Shown piece by piece: positions 7,988 to 17,251 of a stretch of DNA of 64,000 bases. How positions within the stretch are numbered: the stretch's first letter is position 1; each line of letters opens with the position of its first letter. The notes beneath the pieces are model-generated. The model was not told where the DNA came from and did not search any database. It saw only the letters and a list, made by a program, of their open reading frames with translations. A program made the position numbers and the translations under genes. Source of the stretch: Candidatus Bathycorpusculum acetigenes (lineage in GTDB: Archaea; Thermoproteota; Bathyarchaeia; Bathyarchaeales; Bathycorpusculaceae); NCBI GenBank assembly GCA_009781675.1, contig WQVG01000003.1:3117-67116 (forward strand), in the 5' to 3' direction.

Positions 7988-9416
7988 TAAAAAAATATTG
8001 ATTTCACCCGTTACGCGGATTGAAGGACACGCCCAAATTACTATCCTTCTAAACGATGATGACACAGTTAAAGAAGCAATTTTCAAAGTCACTGACTTCC
8101 GAGGATTCGAGAAATTTACAGAGAACCGCCCCTTCTACGAAATGCCCGCAATTACCAGTCGTGCTTGCGGTATATGCCCAGTGAGTCACCTCTTAGCCAG
8201 CGCTAAAGCCTGTGACCAAATCGTCGGCGTCAATCCCCCCAAAACAGCAGTAAAACTCAGGCGTCTCATACATATGGGACAATTGATTCAATCACACGCA
8301 TTAAATTTCTTCCACCTCTCATCACCAGATTTTCTGTTGGGTTTTGACTCAAACCCTCTGCAACGTAATGTTTTTGGATTAATGGCACAAGAACCCGAAT
8401 TGGCTATGCGTGGTATTGGATTGCGCAAATTTGGACAAGACATCATCGAAAAGGTAGCTGGCAAAAAAATCCATTCCAGCGAATGGGTCCAGCCTGGAGG
8501 TGCCAAATGGCCTCTGACGCAGGAACGTGCAGACTACATCCGTAGCAGTCTACCCGAAGCTCTCGACGCCGCACAGAAAACACTGGATATGTACAAACAA
8601 ATGCTTGATGGCTTACAGGAAGAAGTGGCAAATTTTGGTAGCTTCCCCACCTACTACATGGGCCTAGTAACTCCTGACGACGGCTTGGAACATTATGACG
8701 GCAAACTCCGAATCGTAGATCCAACAGGAGCTACAGCTGTCGAATGCATAGACCCTGCAAAATACCAAGACTTCATCGGAGAAGCCGTTGAACCCTGGTC
8801 TTACATGAAGTTTCCCTACTTTAGAAATATCGGTTACCCTAGCGGCGCTTACCGCGTTGGCCCACTGGCTCGTCTTAACGTCGCCTCACATTGCGGCACA
8901 CCCCTAGCTGATGAGGAACTCAAGGAATTCAAAAAACTGGGCAAAAACAGTCCCGTTCAGAGCACATTCCATTACCACTACGCCCGACTCATCGAAGTGC
9001 TCTTCTGCATCGAAAACGTCAAACGGCTCCTATCTGACCCCGACATCCAATCCGAAAACATCCGCTCAAAAGCCTTTACAAACAACCCTGAAGGCATAGG
9101 CGTCACAGAAGCCCCCCGCGGCACCTTAATCCACCACTACAAAGTTGACACCCAAGGCATGATAATCTGGAACAACATGGTCATCGCTACTGAACACAAC
9201 AACATCGCCTACAACATGGCTGTAACACAAGTCGCAAAAAAATACGTCAAAGCACGAGAACTGCAAGAAGGAATGCTCAACCGTGTAGAGGCTGTTATCC
9301 GCGCATTTGACCCCTGCTTAAGTTGTGCCACACATGCCCTTGGTAGCATGCCACTAGATATACAGCTCTTCGCATCTGATGGAGCACTTCTAGACCGCAA
9401 AATAAGACAACACTAA
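7980..9416 (+). CDS. hoxH: [NiFe]-hydrogenase large subunit (HoxH-type)
   Basis: RIEGH, RACGICPVSH and C-terminal DPCLSCATH followed by a cleavable tail. Start moved to ATG 7980 (MADKKILISPVTRIEGH), overlapping the hoxY stop by 8 nt. Confidence 0.9.
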   Translation: MADKKILISPVTRIEGHAQITILLNDDDTVKEAIFKVTDFRGFEKFTENRPFYEMPAITSRACGICPVSHLLASAKACDQIVGVNPPKTAVKLRRLIHMGQLIQSHALNFFHLSSPDFLLGFDSNPLQRNVFGLMAQEPELAMRGIGLRKFGQDIIEKVAGKKIHSSEWVQPGGAKWPLTQERADYIRSSLPEALDAAQKTLDMYKQMLDGLQEEVANFGSFPTYYMGLVTPDDGLEHYDGKLRIVDPTGATAVECIDPAKYQDFIGEAVEPWSYMKFPYFRNIGYPSGAYRVGPLARLNVASHCGTPLADEELKEFKKLGKNSPVQSTFHYHYARLIEVLFCIENVKRLLSDPDIQSENIRSKAFTNNPEGIGVTEAPRGTLIHHYKVDTQGMIIWNNMVIATEHNNIAYNMAVTQVAKKYVKARELQEGMLNRVEAVIRAFDPCLSCATHALGSMPLDIQLFASDGALLDRKIRQH

Positions 9417-9692
9417 ACACGATACACTACTAACCCCATTTAGCATATGATCCGTCGCTTATAGGGTAAAAGCTCCTATTGCACAAGAGGCGCTAGACAT
9501 TTCTCTGGATAGATTTGGCAATTAACCCTTTATTCTATAAAACATTACAAACGCTTCCTGATCATCAGCAACTTTTGAATTAAGCGTTACCTTGGCATGC
9601 TGTTTAAATTCTTCGAGCCCTGTATTTCATTGTCTCTAATTAAATATGCAACATAGCTTTAGCCTCTGGGTATCAACGGCTTTTTATACACT

Positions 9693-10631
9693 ATGCTCAA
9701 ACGGGTTCTGATTGCTGGGCTCTTCAAAAAAATGGTTGATGAAATGAATAAGAATATAACGGCATTTTGTGCATTAGTCTTTCTAAGTATTCTTCTAGTG
9801 GTTCCCCTAAAACCCACAGATGCTGTAGTGGTGTTTTCAGACAATTTTTCTTCTGGAAGCTTTGAACACTGGTCCCAATACTATGCTGTTTCTGGTGCAA
9901 GTCAAAGCGTCAGCAACGGCATTGCGCGCTTCATCGTTCCCACCCCCACCGCAGGGAGCAATGCCTGTTCATACCTTGTAAGGGATGGTTTTATCTCAAC
10001 AGTAAACAGCACCATTGTAGCTTCACAGGATATTCTGGTAACCAAAGTTCCCAATGGGGTCTCACAGGGTAATGGTGCCATATTTTTCCTCTATGTCTGT
10101 GACTCTACAGATCTGGGTGGCAATATCGGAAATATCGGTATTGGTATAGACGGTTCAAGGGTGTGGTCTATGTGGCTAGGAGGAAGCCTCGTTTACACCT
10201 ACGTTTTTCAAACCAACGGCCCAACGCCGACAAGCAACACATGGTACCACATTGCCTTAACTGTTAATAATCAAGCCCAAACAGCTGTTTTAGAAGTTAA
10301 TGGTGTAGTGGTGATTAATGTTTCTCAGCAAGAATTCACCGATAATACTCATCCCCTCAGCCTCATGTCTGGAATGGGTGAAGACTGGTGGAGTGATGGT
10401 TCTGGACAGCAAGAAATCTCCATTGGCAACGTCCAACTCGACATCTCCGATGCCTCACCGACATCCATGTTATCTTCCACTTCCAATCCCGATTATTCAT
10501 TCTCTCCATCTCCAAATCACACATTAACTACAATTGATGCTGGTCTGCTCTTTGGATTAACAATTATGAGCATCATAATTTTAGCAGTTTTGATCGTTAT
10601 TTCACTTGCGGTGTTTAGACATAAACGTTAA
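9693..10631 (+). CDS. Secreted/surface protein with signal peptide and C-terminal TM anchor; possible lectin/LamG-like fold (weak)
   Basis: Likely real start is ATG 9744 (MNKNITAFCALVFLSILLVVPLKP). Ser/Thr/Asn-rich body. C-terminal hydrophobic helix plus RHKR. Confidence 0.5.
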   Translation: MLKRVLIAGLFKKMVDEMNKNITAFCALVFLSILLVVPLKPTDAVVVFSDNFSSGSFEHWSQYYAVSGASQSVSNGIARFIVPTPTAGSNACSYLVRDGFISTVNSTIVASQDILVTKVPNGVSQGNGAIFFLYVCDSTDLGGNIGNIGIGIDGSRVWSMWLGGSLVYTYVFQTNGPTPTSNTWYHIALTVNNQAQTAVLEVNGVVVINVSQQEFTDNTHPLSLMSGMGEDWWSDGSGQQEISIGNVQLDISDASPTSMLSSTSNPDYSFSPSPNHTLTTIDAGLLFGLTIMSIIILAVLIVISLAVFRHKR

Positions 10632-10785
10632 CGCATAAACACATCCCTGTGTTGCAACACCGTTACTCTATAGGTAGTACACTGTAACATCTAAAATTTT
10701 ACTCTACAGATATGATGTATAACAAGTTAAATTTGAAACGGCGCCATGACGGACATGTAAATATTTGGCTGTTACTGGGTAGCAG

Positions 10786-11067
10786 TTACTCTTTGCATTG
10801 TTTGAGGTTGCGGAGTTGCTCAAATGTCTGGTTTAGTACTGCATGGTCAGCGATGTTTTTAACGGCGGAAACCGGTAGGCAAACTGTGATTTTGCCAAGA
10901 AAGGGTTGCTTAAACCCCAGTAGCTGTGCTGACTCATCAGTCAAATTAACAAACATGCTCTTTATCTGCCAAGTATTCATGTCTACGTCGGCGCTGTTGA
11001 TTTCACCAAGTTCAAAATTATCTGCGGTAAATGCCTTTTTCCAAAAAAGTCGAGTTATTTCAACCAT
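10786..11067 (-). CDS. Hypothetical protein (93 aa)
   Basis: Protein-like composition. GAGG about 7 nt upstream of the ATG. More plausible than the overlapping plus-strand ORF extension. Confidence 0.4.
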   Translation of the reverse strand: MVEITRLFWKKAFTADNFELGEINSADVDMNTWQIKSMFVNLTDESAQLLGFKQPFLGKITVCLPVSAVKNIADHAVLNQTFEQLRNLKQCKE

Positions 11068-11164
11068 AAAAAAGCCTCATTATAAAAATGCAAAAAGCTG
11101 TTTATATCTGTTATTTAGAAGCTTTTTAACATCCAATTTCTATAGTATCGTGGTGGTGTTTGTT

Positions 11165-11569
11165 TTGTCAGGTTCTCAACAGCAAAGAAAACTATCAGCT
11201 GAAGAAGAACGCGTCATAGTCCACAAAGGCACTGAGATGCCTTTCACCGGTAAATACTACATATTCTGGGAAAAAGGTACCTATGTCTGCAGAAGATGCG
11301 GGGCCAAACTGTACCGTTCAGAACACAAATTTGAGGCCAATTGCGGCTGGCCCAGTTTCGATGAAGAACTTCCCGGAGCAGTAAAACGGTTGCTTGACCC
11401 TGATGGTGTGCGCGTAGAAATTGAATGTGCTAACTGTGGTGCTCACCTCGGCCACGTTTTTACCGGTGAACACTTAACAGAGAAGAATAGCCGTCACTGT
11501 GTTAATTCGTTGTCGATGGATTTCATTCCAGATAACCCTCCATTATCTACTATGGAAAAGGCGAAATGA
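11165..11569 (+). CDS. msrB: Peptide-methionine (R)-S-oxide reductase MsrB
   Basis: CRRCGAKLY...GWPSF...CANCGAHLGHVF...RHCVNS. Start trimmed to TTG 11165 (134 aa); GTG 11150-11156 are alternatives. Confidence 0.85.
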   Translation: MSGSQQQRKLSAEEERVIVHKGTEMPFTGKYYIFWEKGTYVCRRCGAKLYRSEHKFEANCGWPSFDEELPGAVKRLLDPDGVRVEIECANCGAHLGHVFTGEHLTEKNSRHCVNSLSMDFIPDNPPLSTMEKAK

Positions 11570-11614
11570 CCGTTGTATATATATTTATAATCCACAGGGC
11601 ATAGCCTAACAAAA

Positions 11615-12088
11615 GTGGTTATTATGCCGCAAATGCCGTATGGTGGAGATGTTGCCGTTGAAATGCTTCTGGCGTTACCTCTATATTGTCAATTTGATGA
11701 ACAGACTCGACAGACATTGGTGCAACAAGGTGTTCCACTAAGTGGCGAGATGTGTTTAAAGATAATCGGTGTATCGGATTTGGGTGATGTGGGTGGCGTA
11801 TCCTGTGTTGTAAGGCGTCCTGATAACGATGCAACACTTGTGGTATCGATTACAAATTTAATGTTTCCTGAAAAAGGAGAAATCTATGACATGATAAATC
11901 ACTATCGGAAAGCACGTATTGAGTGGCTCAAAGCTGAAGAAGATAGAGACCGTGCCTTAGGTCTTGGAGACCGAATCAAAGTGGTTAATACCTCGAGAGA
12001 GAACCTTTTTACCTCTTTGGAGATGCCAATGAATGGGCCTTGTCCCTGTCAAAGCGGGTTAAACTACGATGAATGCTGTGGAAAATAA
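11615..12088 (+). CDS. Hypothetical protein with C-terminal SEC-C metal-binding motif
   Basis: C-terminus is GPCPCQSGLNYDECCGK. The rest is unrecognised. Confidence 0.55.
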   Translation: MVIMPQMPYGGDVAVEMLLALPLYCQFDEQTRQTLVQQGVPLSGEMCLKIIGVSDLGDVGGVSCVVRRPDNDATLVVSITNLMFPEKGEIYDMINHYRKARIEWLKAEEDRDRALGLGDRIKVVNTSRENLFTSLEMPMNGPCPCQSGLNYDECCGK

Positions 12089-12222
12089 GGTGCGTTTTAC
12101 ACACCTTATCGGTACCACAAAATTATTCCTACCAGACGGGATGAACTCATCTTTGCTACTTTCATCTGAATTGACACTTCCTATTATTATCCATCGGATC
12201 CATTGAGTGTTTGTCCACTCTT

Positions 12223-12419
12223 TCACTCTTTCCCCACGACCTCAAAAGCAAATGAACTGTTATCGGGATAGCCATTTATTTTCCAATATTCTTCAGGATC
12301 TTCAATTGTTCCTTTTCCTGGCGTTCCATCAGCAAAATGCGGCGTATTTTCTTGACCGTAAGCATTCATTGATATACTAATACACATCAACACCAAGAAT
12401 ATAATCGCAAATTTTTCAT
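12223..12419 (-). pseudogene. Small secreted peptide gene (65 aa if repaired) whose ATG is out of frame at an A5 run
   Basis: ATGAAAAATTTGCG: one extra A gives MKKFAIIFLVLMCISISMNAYGQENTPHFADG...VVGKE, with a textbook signal peptide. As written, the ATG frame stops after 10 codons. Confidence 0.3.
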
Positions 12420-12587
12420 AATAATTCTTCTAAAATTAATAATGCTAATTTAAATACGTTTTTGTCCTGTTGATAATGCAATCAATAAAACATTGTGTGG
12501 CATATGAGGCTAAAATTTGAACATGATTTAATGTAGATAGAACACGCAACAGCATACATAAATCAAAAAAATACGCTGAAATCTACC

Positions 12588-13196
12588 TTACCTATTCCAA
12601 GTGTCGATAAAACAATATTCAGTAATTTTTTTTCTATGTGGTGCCGGAGGTTGCTCTTCTGGGTAACCAAGTATAATGAATGCATGCGGCTCAACGTGTT
12701 TTGGGATCTTTAGCGTTTTTTGCACAAGTTGTTTGCAGAAAGCAGGGGCACAGTACCAGCAGGCGCCCAAACCAATTGCATGTGCCGCTAAAAGCAGGTT
12801 TTGGATGCCTGCACCTAAACTCTCCACAGCCAAATCCCGTTCAATACTCTGCCGCGGCACATCGACAAATTTCCTAAGGTTCTCCATCGTTAAACTTGCC
12901 AAAATCAACACTGGGGCACCTGCAAACCGTTCCACTTGTTCACTGTGCATTTTAGCATCAACCAATTGATTATCTTTTGATGCATCTGTTGCCCAGGCGT
13001 CTGCCATCTGCTCAGCCAAATCCCGCTTAACTTTGGAATCCTCCAAAACAATAAACCGCCACGGTTGACTGTTATGTGCAGAAGGCGCCCAAGATACCAT
13101 CTCCAAAATTCTTTGCACGACCTCCGTGGGAACTGGTTTAGACTGGTATCTGCGGATACTCCGTCGTTGCCTAATCACATCATGCAGATCTGGCAT
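12588..13196 (-). CDS. Nitroreductase-family flavoprotein
   Basis: RRSIRRY, SWAPSAHNSQPWRFIV, and fold-typical length of 202 aa. Confidence 0.8.
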   Translation of the reverse strand: MPDLHDVIRQRRSIRRYQSKPVPTEVVQRILEMVSWAPSAHNSQPWRFIVLEDSKVKRDLAEQMADAWATDASKDNQLVDAKMHSEQVERFAGAPVLILASLTMENLRKFVDVPRQSIERDLAVESLGAGIQNLLLAAHAIGLGACWYCAPAFCKQLVQKTLKIPKHVEPHAFIILGYPEEQPPAPHRKKITEYCFIDTWNR

Positions 13197-13227
13197 AACA
13201 AGATAAAAAGAAAAGTTGGTTTTATGT

Positions 13228-14262
13228 CTATTCTTGGTTGGGTTCCAATATGACCTTTAGAGAATTGCCTGCCTCAGCCATCAGCCGAAAACCTTCCTGT
13301 GCATCCGTGAGTGGTAACCGATGAGTAATCATTTCTTTAACGTTTAGGTTGCCTGTTGTTAAAACACCCAGGGCATCTTCGATATCGTTGGGCGCCGCAC
13401 CGTAGCTGGTACGCATGGTGATTTCGTTACGCCAAAACTGGTTAATGGGCACCTGTAGCTTCACAGTTGGATCAGGCACTGCAAAGAAAAGCATAGACCC
13501 TCCATTTTCCACACAGTCCATCGAAGCCATAGCCGCTGAGATTGCGCCGGTACAGACGATAACTTGATCTGCTAAATGTCCCGTTAACTCCCGCAGTTTC
13601 TCTGGCAAGTTGGTTTTGGCATCGAGTGCATGTTGTGCACCAAATTTCTTAGCCAACTCAAGTCGATATGGGTTGATATCAGCGACGATTATGTTACCCA
13701 CACCTCTGTATTTGGCAAGTTGAACATGGAGAATACCGCTGATGCCGCTACCGATGATAAGCACCGTATCATCCCTTTTGAGCCCTGTTAATCTCTGCCC
13801 ACGGGACACGCAGGCCAGTGGCTCAATGAATGTGCCTTCCTCAAAACTCATTGCATCAGGCAATCTATAGATACCGTGTTCTACATTAATTTTGGGAACT
13901 AACACATACTGGGCAAAGCCACCGGGATAAAAATTGGTGGTGTGAAGTGTATGACAGGCAGTATGATTGCCTCTCTGGCAATGTCGACACTTAAAACAAG
14001 GAACATGATGGGAAACAAAAACGCGTTCTCCTTTCCAGTTCTTAACTTTGTCTCCGACTTGATCGATGATACCTGTGACTTCATGTCCCAAAACCCGTGG
14101 TGCCTTGGGGACCCGATACCACTCGATGACATCACTGCCACAGATGCCGCTCGCCATCACTTTGAGCCGTACTTCTTCTTCGCCGGCTTTAGGGGTTGGG
14201 ATTTCTTGCACTTGTACATCATGATTGTTGTAATAGAAGGCAGCTAACAACAAGTTCACCAA
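13228..14262 (-). CDS. Zinc-dependent alcohol/threonine/sorbitol dehydrogenase (MDR family)
   Basis: GICGSDV, GHEVTGII, structural-zinc Cys cluster CFKCRHCQRGNHTAC, GSGISG Rossmann motif. Confidence 0.85.
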   Translation of the reverse strand: MVNLLLAAFYYNNHDVQVQEIPTPKAGEEEVRLKVMASGICGSDVIEWYRVPKAPRVLGHEVTGIIDQVGDKVKNWKGERVFVSHHVPCFKCRHCQRGNHTACHTLHTTNFYPGGFAQYVLVPKINVEHGIYRLPDAMSFEEGTFIEPLACVSRGQRLTGLKRDDTVLIIGSGISGILHVQLAKYRGVGNIIVADINPYRLELAKKFGAQHALDAKTNLPEKLRELTGHLADQVIVCTGAISAAMASMDCVENGGSMLFFAVPDPTVKLQVPINQFWRNEITMRTSYGAAPNDIEDALGVLTTGNLNVKEMITHRLPLTDAQEGFRLMAEAGNSLKVILEPNQE

Positions 14263-14277
14263 AAAGAAAACGGCTGA

Positions 14278-15075
14278 CTAGGCCTTGTTTACCTTGATTT
14301 GGTTGTAGAGATCCTCGGCTTCCTGTGCGGTATAGCTGTCGTGGATTATGGCGCGGATGGCTCTGATGGATGCAACGGGATGCTCAGTCTGCCAGATATT
14401 GCGACCCAAGTTAACGCCCGCGGCGCCCTTCTGCATACCATCATAGACAAAATCAAAGACTTCACGCTGTGTCTCAGTTTTAGGTCCACCCGCAATGACA
14501 ACAGGTACAGGACAACCATTGATAACTTTTTCAAAGTTTTCTTGACAGTAATAGGTTTTAACGACACGAGCACCGATTTCAGCAGCGATCCTAGCTGAGA
14601 GCGCTAGATAACGAGCTTCCCGCTTCTCTAATTCCTTACCCACAGCACAAACAGCCATAACAGGAATGCCATAGTCTTCACATTCATCGACGAGTTTAGC
14701 AAGATTTGTTAAGCTTTTGTTTTCATATTTGCTACCGACAAAAACCGACATCGACACTGCCGAAGCATTAAGCCGCAAAATTTCCTCTATAGATGTAACT
14801 AGTGATTCATTAGCTAAATCTTCTCCAACAACTGAAACCGCACCAGAAACCCGCATAATGATCGGTTTCTCAATGCCTGGATCAACACAACTCCGTAGCA
14901 CACCACGAGTAAGCATCAGCGCATCAGCATACTGATAAATCGGTTTGATTGTCTCCGCGGGCTTCTCAAGGCAACGTGTTGGGCCTTGGAAGTAACCGTG
15001 ATCGATGGGCAAAAACAAGGCCTTTCCATCTTTCTCAAAGAGCCTGCTTAAACGGTTTTTCATTCCCCACTCCAT
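14278..15075 (-). CDS. Class I aldolase of the DhnA/FbaB/LsrF family
   Basis: LFLPIDHGYFQGP, VVKTYY (Schiff-base Lys region), VVIAGGPK, GAAGVNLGRNI. Confidence 0.75.
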   Translation of the reverse strand: MEWGMKNRLSRLFEKDGKALFLPIDHGYFQGPTRCLEKPAETIKPIYQYADALMLTRGVLRSCVDPGIEKPIIMRVSGAVSVVGEDLANESLVTSIEEILRLNASAVSMSVFVGSKYENKSLTNLAKLVDECEDYGIPVMAVCAVGKELEKREARYLALSARIAAEIGARVVKTYYCQENFEKVINGCPVPVVIAGGPKTETQREVFDFVYDGMQKGAAGVNLGRNIWQTEHPVASIRAIRAIIHDSYTAQEAEDLYNQIKVNKA

Positions 15076-15418
15076 AATAATTTCTCCAAAAAACAGTTGA
15101 TTTAAGAATTAAATAACCTTATGCCCAAACAAACCACTATTTGACTTACCCAAGAACGAAACTACCGATAGCTGTTAATCTTCGTCTCCATACCTACAAT
15201 TGATCATCAAAGCTCTTTCTTATGGCTGACAAGCGCAAGAATATAAACCAACCAAGCCCATACAGCCCGGCCAAACTTAGCATGTCCTGATAGTTTTTCT
15301 ATATCCAACCACAGATAACTAACTCCTGGTCAATCGTTTAGCTACAGCTATAATGTTGTAATGACGACGACTCAACCTAATTTCAGCCATGAAAGGCAAC
15401 GATAGCGTTTTTCCCTCT

Positions 15419-15643
15419 CTATTTCTCGTTCGGTCTTAGAATCAAGTAGCCCTTTTCTATAAGCCAGTGATGAAACTGCCAAGTTGTATAGAGACAGCCT
15501 TGACTGCATTTTTTACGTGTCTGTTCGTATGATGCTGACCCCTCAACATGTCCGTTTAGTTCCACTTGCACTAAGCATTGGACATCTTTACAGAACTCTC
15601 TACGTTTATACGCCACATAACCTTCAAGAGTCATAGTCATCAA
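15419..15643 (-). CDS. Small Cys-containing hypothetical protein (74 aa)
   Basis: ORF only. Protein-like composition, no motif recognised. Confidence 0.35.
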   Translation of the reverse strand: MMTMTLEGYVAYKRREFCKDVQCLVQVELNGHVEGSASYEQTRKKCSQGCLYTTWQFHHWLIEKGYLILRPNEK

Positions 15644-15824
15644 CCGCTAATTTCAACCTAACTTAATAAGCATTATCCGCCTATCTCATGCTTATCCCGC
15701 AAACAGTTAAACTAATCCAAAAATTATCCGCGTTTTGTCTTTAGTGATGGCTATTGACTAGTACAGTTGTTTACGAATAGAGTTAAAAACCTAAACCGCT
15801 CCATTCTATCGTGGACTGAGAAGC

Positions 15825-16520
15825 TTGGACAAGAAACGCGTATCACTTTACTGTGCAGGTTTCGCATTAACCGCCATAGTTATCGGTTGCTTTGTTGCCC
15901 AGATTTACCAGCAACAAAACTTCAGTTATACCCAGAACCCCAACAACAGCATTTCAGTTTCAAGTATAGCCAGCCTTAACACAATAACAATCAACCAGTA
16001 CACCCTGCTAGCGTTTCCGCCTTCACTCACAGTTCGAGTTCCAGTTATAAGTCAAGCAGTTCTTAATAATTCAACCCGGAGCCAAATCTTCAATTACATA
16101 AACCAAAACCCCGGTGTCCAATTCCGTGCAATCGCTTCTGCACTCTGCTTGCCTGTAGGTTTAGCAGAATACCATCTGGGGGTGTTGGTACGCTCGGGTC
16201 TGGTTTCGTTTATCCGAGATGGACGATATAAGCGGTTTTTTATTTCAAAACGGTTTAACACTAGGGATATGTCACTGATTTGCCTATTGCGGCGCAAAAC
16301 GCCTAAGAAAATTTTCGAGGTGCTCTTATCTAAACGGCATCTTTCCCATGGCCAGCTGGCGGAGGAAGTTGCGGTCACCTCTCAGGCGTTGACGTGGCAG
16401 ATGAAAACGCTCAAAGATACCCAGCTCATTTTGCATGTTAACGAAGGCTTGCGGATAGTTTATTCAATCGACCAATCTGCGGCACCGTTACTGGAGAAAT
16501 ATCTATCTATTGTAGACTAG
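15825..16520 (+). CDS. Membrane-anchored protein with two winged-helix (ArsR/MarR-like) DNA-binding domains
   Basis: N-terminal TM helix (LYCAGFALTAIVIGCFVAQI), then two HTH-like units (FRAIASALCLPVGLAEYHLGVLVRSGLV and HGQLAEEVAVTSQALTWQMKTLKD). Confidence 0.55.
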   Translation: MDKKRVSLYCAGFALTAIVIGCFVAQIYQQQNFSYTQNPNNSISVSSIASLNTITINQYTLLAFPPSLTVRVPVISQAVLNNSTRSQIFNYINQNPGVQFRAIASALCLPVGLAEYHLGVLVRSGLVSFIRDGRYKRFFISKRFNTRDMSLICLLRRKTPKKIFEVLLSKRHLSHGQLAEEVAVTSQALTWQMKTLKDTQLILHVNEGLRIVYSIDQSAAPLLEKYLSIVD

Positions 16521-16563
16521 CGTTTTTTAATCCCTATTTTTTATTATATTGCTTGATTGATTT

Positions 16564-17205
16564 ATGCCCAAAATCTACCTCTTAGGCGGAGAAAACGTTT
16601 ACAGCCGTAACGCAAAACAGATTAACATGGACGCCTTTGAAGGTGCTACTCAACCGCTTAACGTTTTGGTGTTACCTTGGGCGAGAGCATCTTTTGATAA
16701 CCAGTACCAAAAACGGCAGATCTTGATAGATTATTTCAGAAGTCTCGGTGCCAGCACAGTGAATTTTGCGGAGTATGGGCGGCTAGAGACTACGGCAGAG
16801 CAGATGGCCGAGGCGGGGCTGGTTTATTTGACAGGCGGACAGCCAAGTATCCTTATCGATCGTCTCAGAACCATAGGCCTAGACCAACTACTTGGAAATT
16901 ATGGCGGCGTGATAGTTGGGCGTAGCGCGGGAGCTTTGGCACTTTGTAAACGATGCCTAACTACCTGCAGGAGTAACTCAAAAACTCGAATCATCACCGG
17001 TTTGGACATAGTAAACATCACCCTAAAAGCACACTATACGCCCCAAAAAGATGCGACGCTAATGGGCTTTTCCCTAAACGAAACGATTTTTGCGGTTCCT
17101 GAAGGGTCAGCACTGGTTTACGAGGATGGAAAGCTCTATGCGATGGGTAACGTTTACCTTTTTAGCAAAGGTACCCGTCAGCCTTTCACTGAAACCTGTT
17201 TATGA
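16564..17205 (+). CDS. Peptidase S51 (dipeptidase E / cyanophycinase-like) family protein
   Basis: LTGGQPSIL and VGRSAGALAL (nucleophile Ser motif). Confidence 0.65.
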   Translation: MPKIYLLGGENVYSRNAKQINMDAFEGATQPLNVLVLPWARASFDNQYQKRQILIDYFRSLGASTVNFAEYGRLETTAEQMAEAGLVYLTGGQPSILIDRLRTIGLDQLLGNYGGVIVGRSAGALALCKRCLTTCRSNSKTRIITGLDIVNITLKAHYTPQKDATLMGFSLNETIFAVPEGSALVYEDGKLYAMGNVYLFSKGTRQPFTETCL

Positions 17206-17251
17206 AACCCCTTAAATGATACCTTTTTTAATGGGTATCAACACGGCATAG

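Noticed and set aside
10712-11164. Upstream 150-aa extension of the MsrB ORF
   Set aside because: The sequence is not protein-like (Cys/Ser/Leu-rich). MsrB is normally about 130-150 aa. A more plausible 93-aa gene with an SD lies on the opposite strand.
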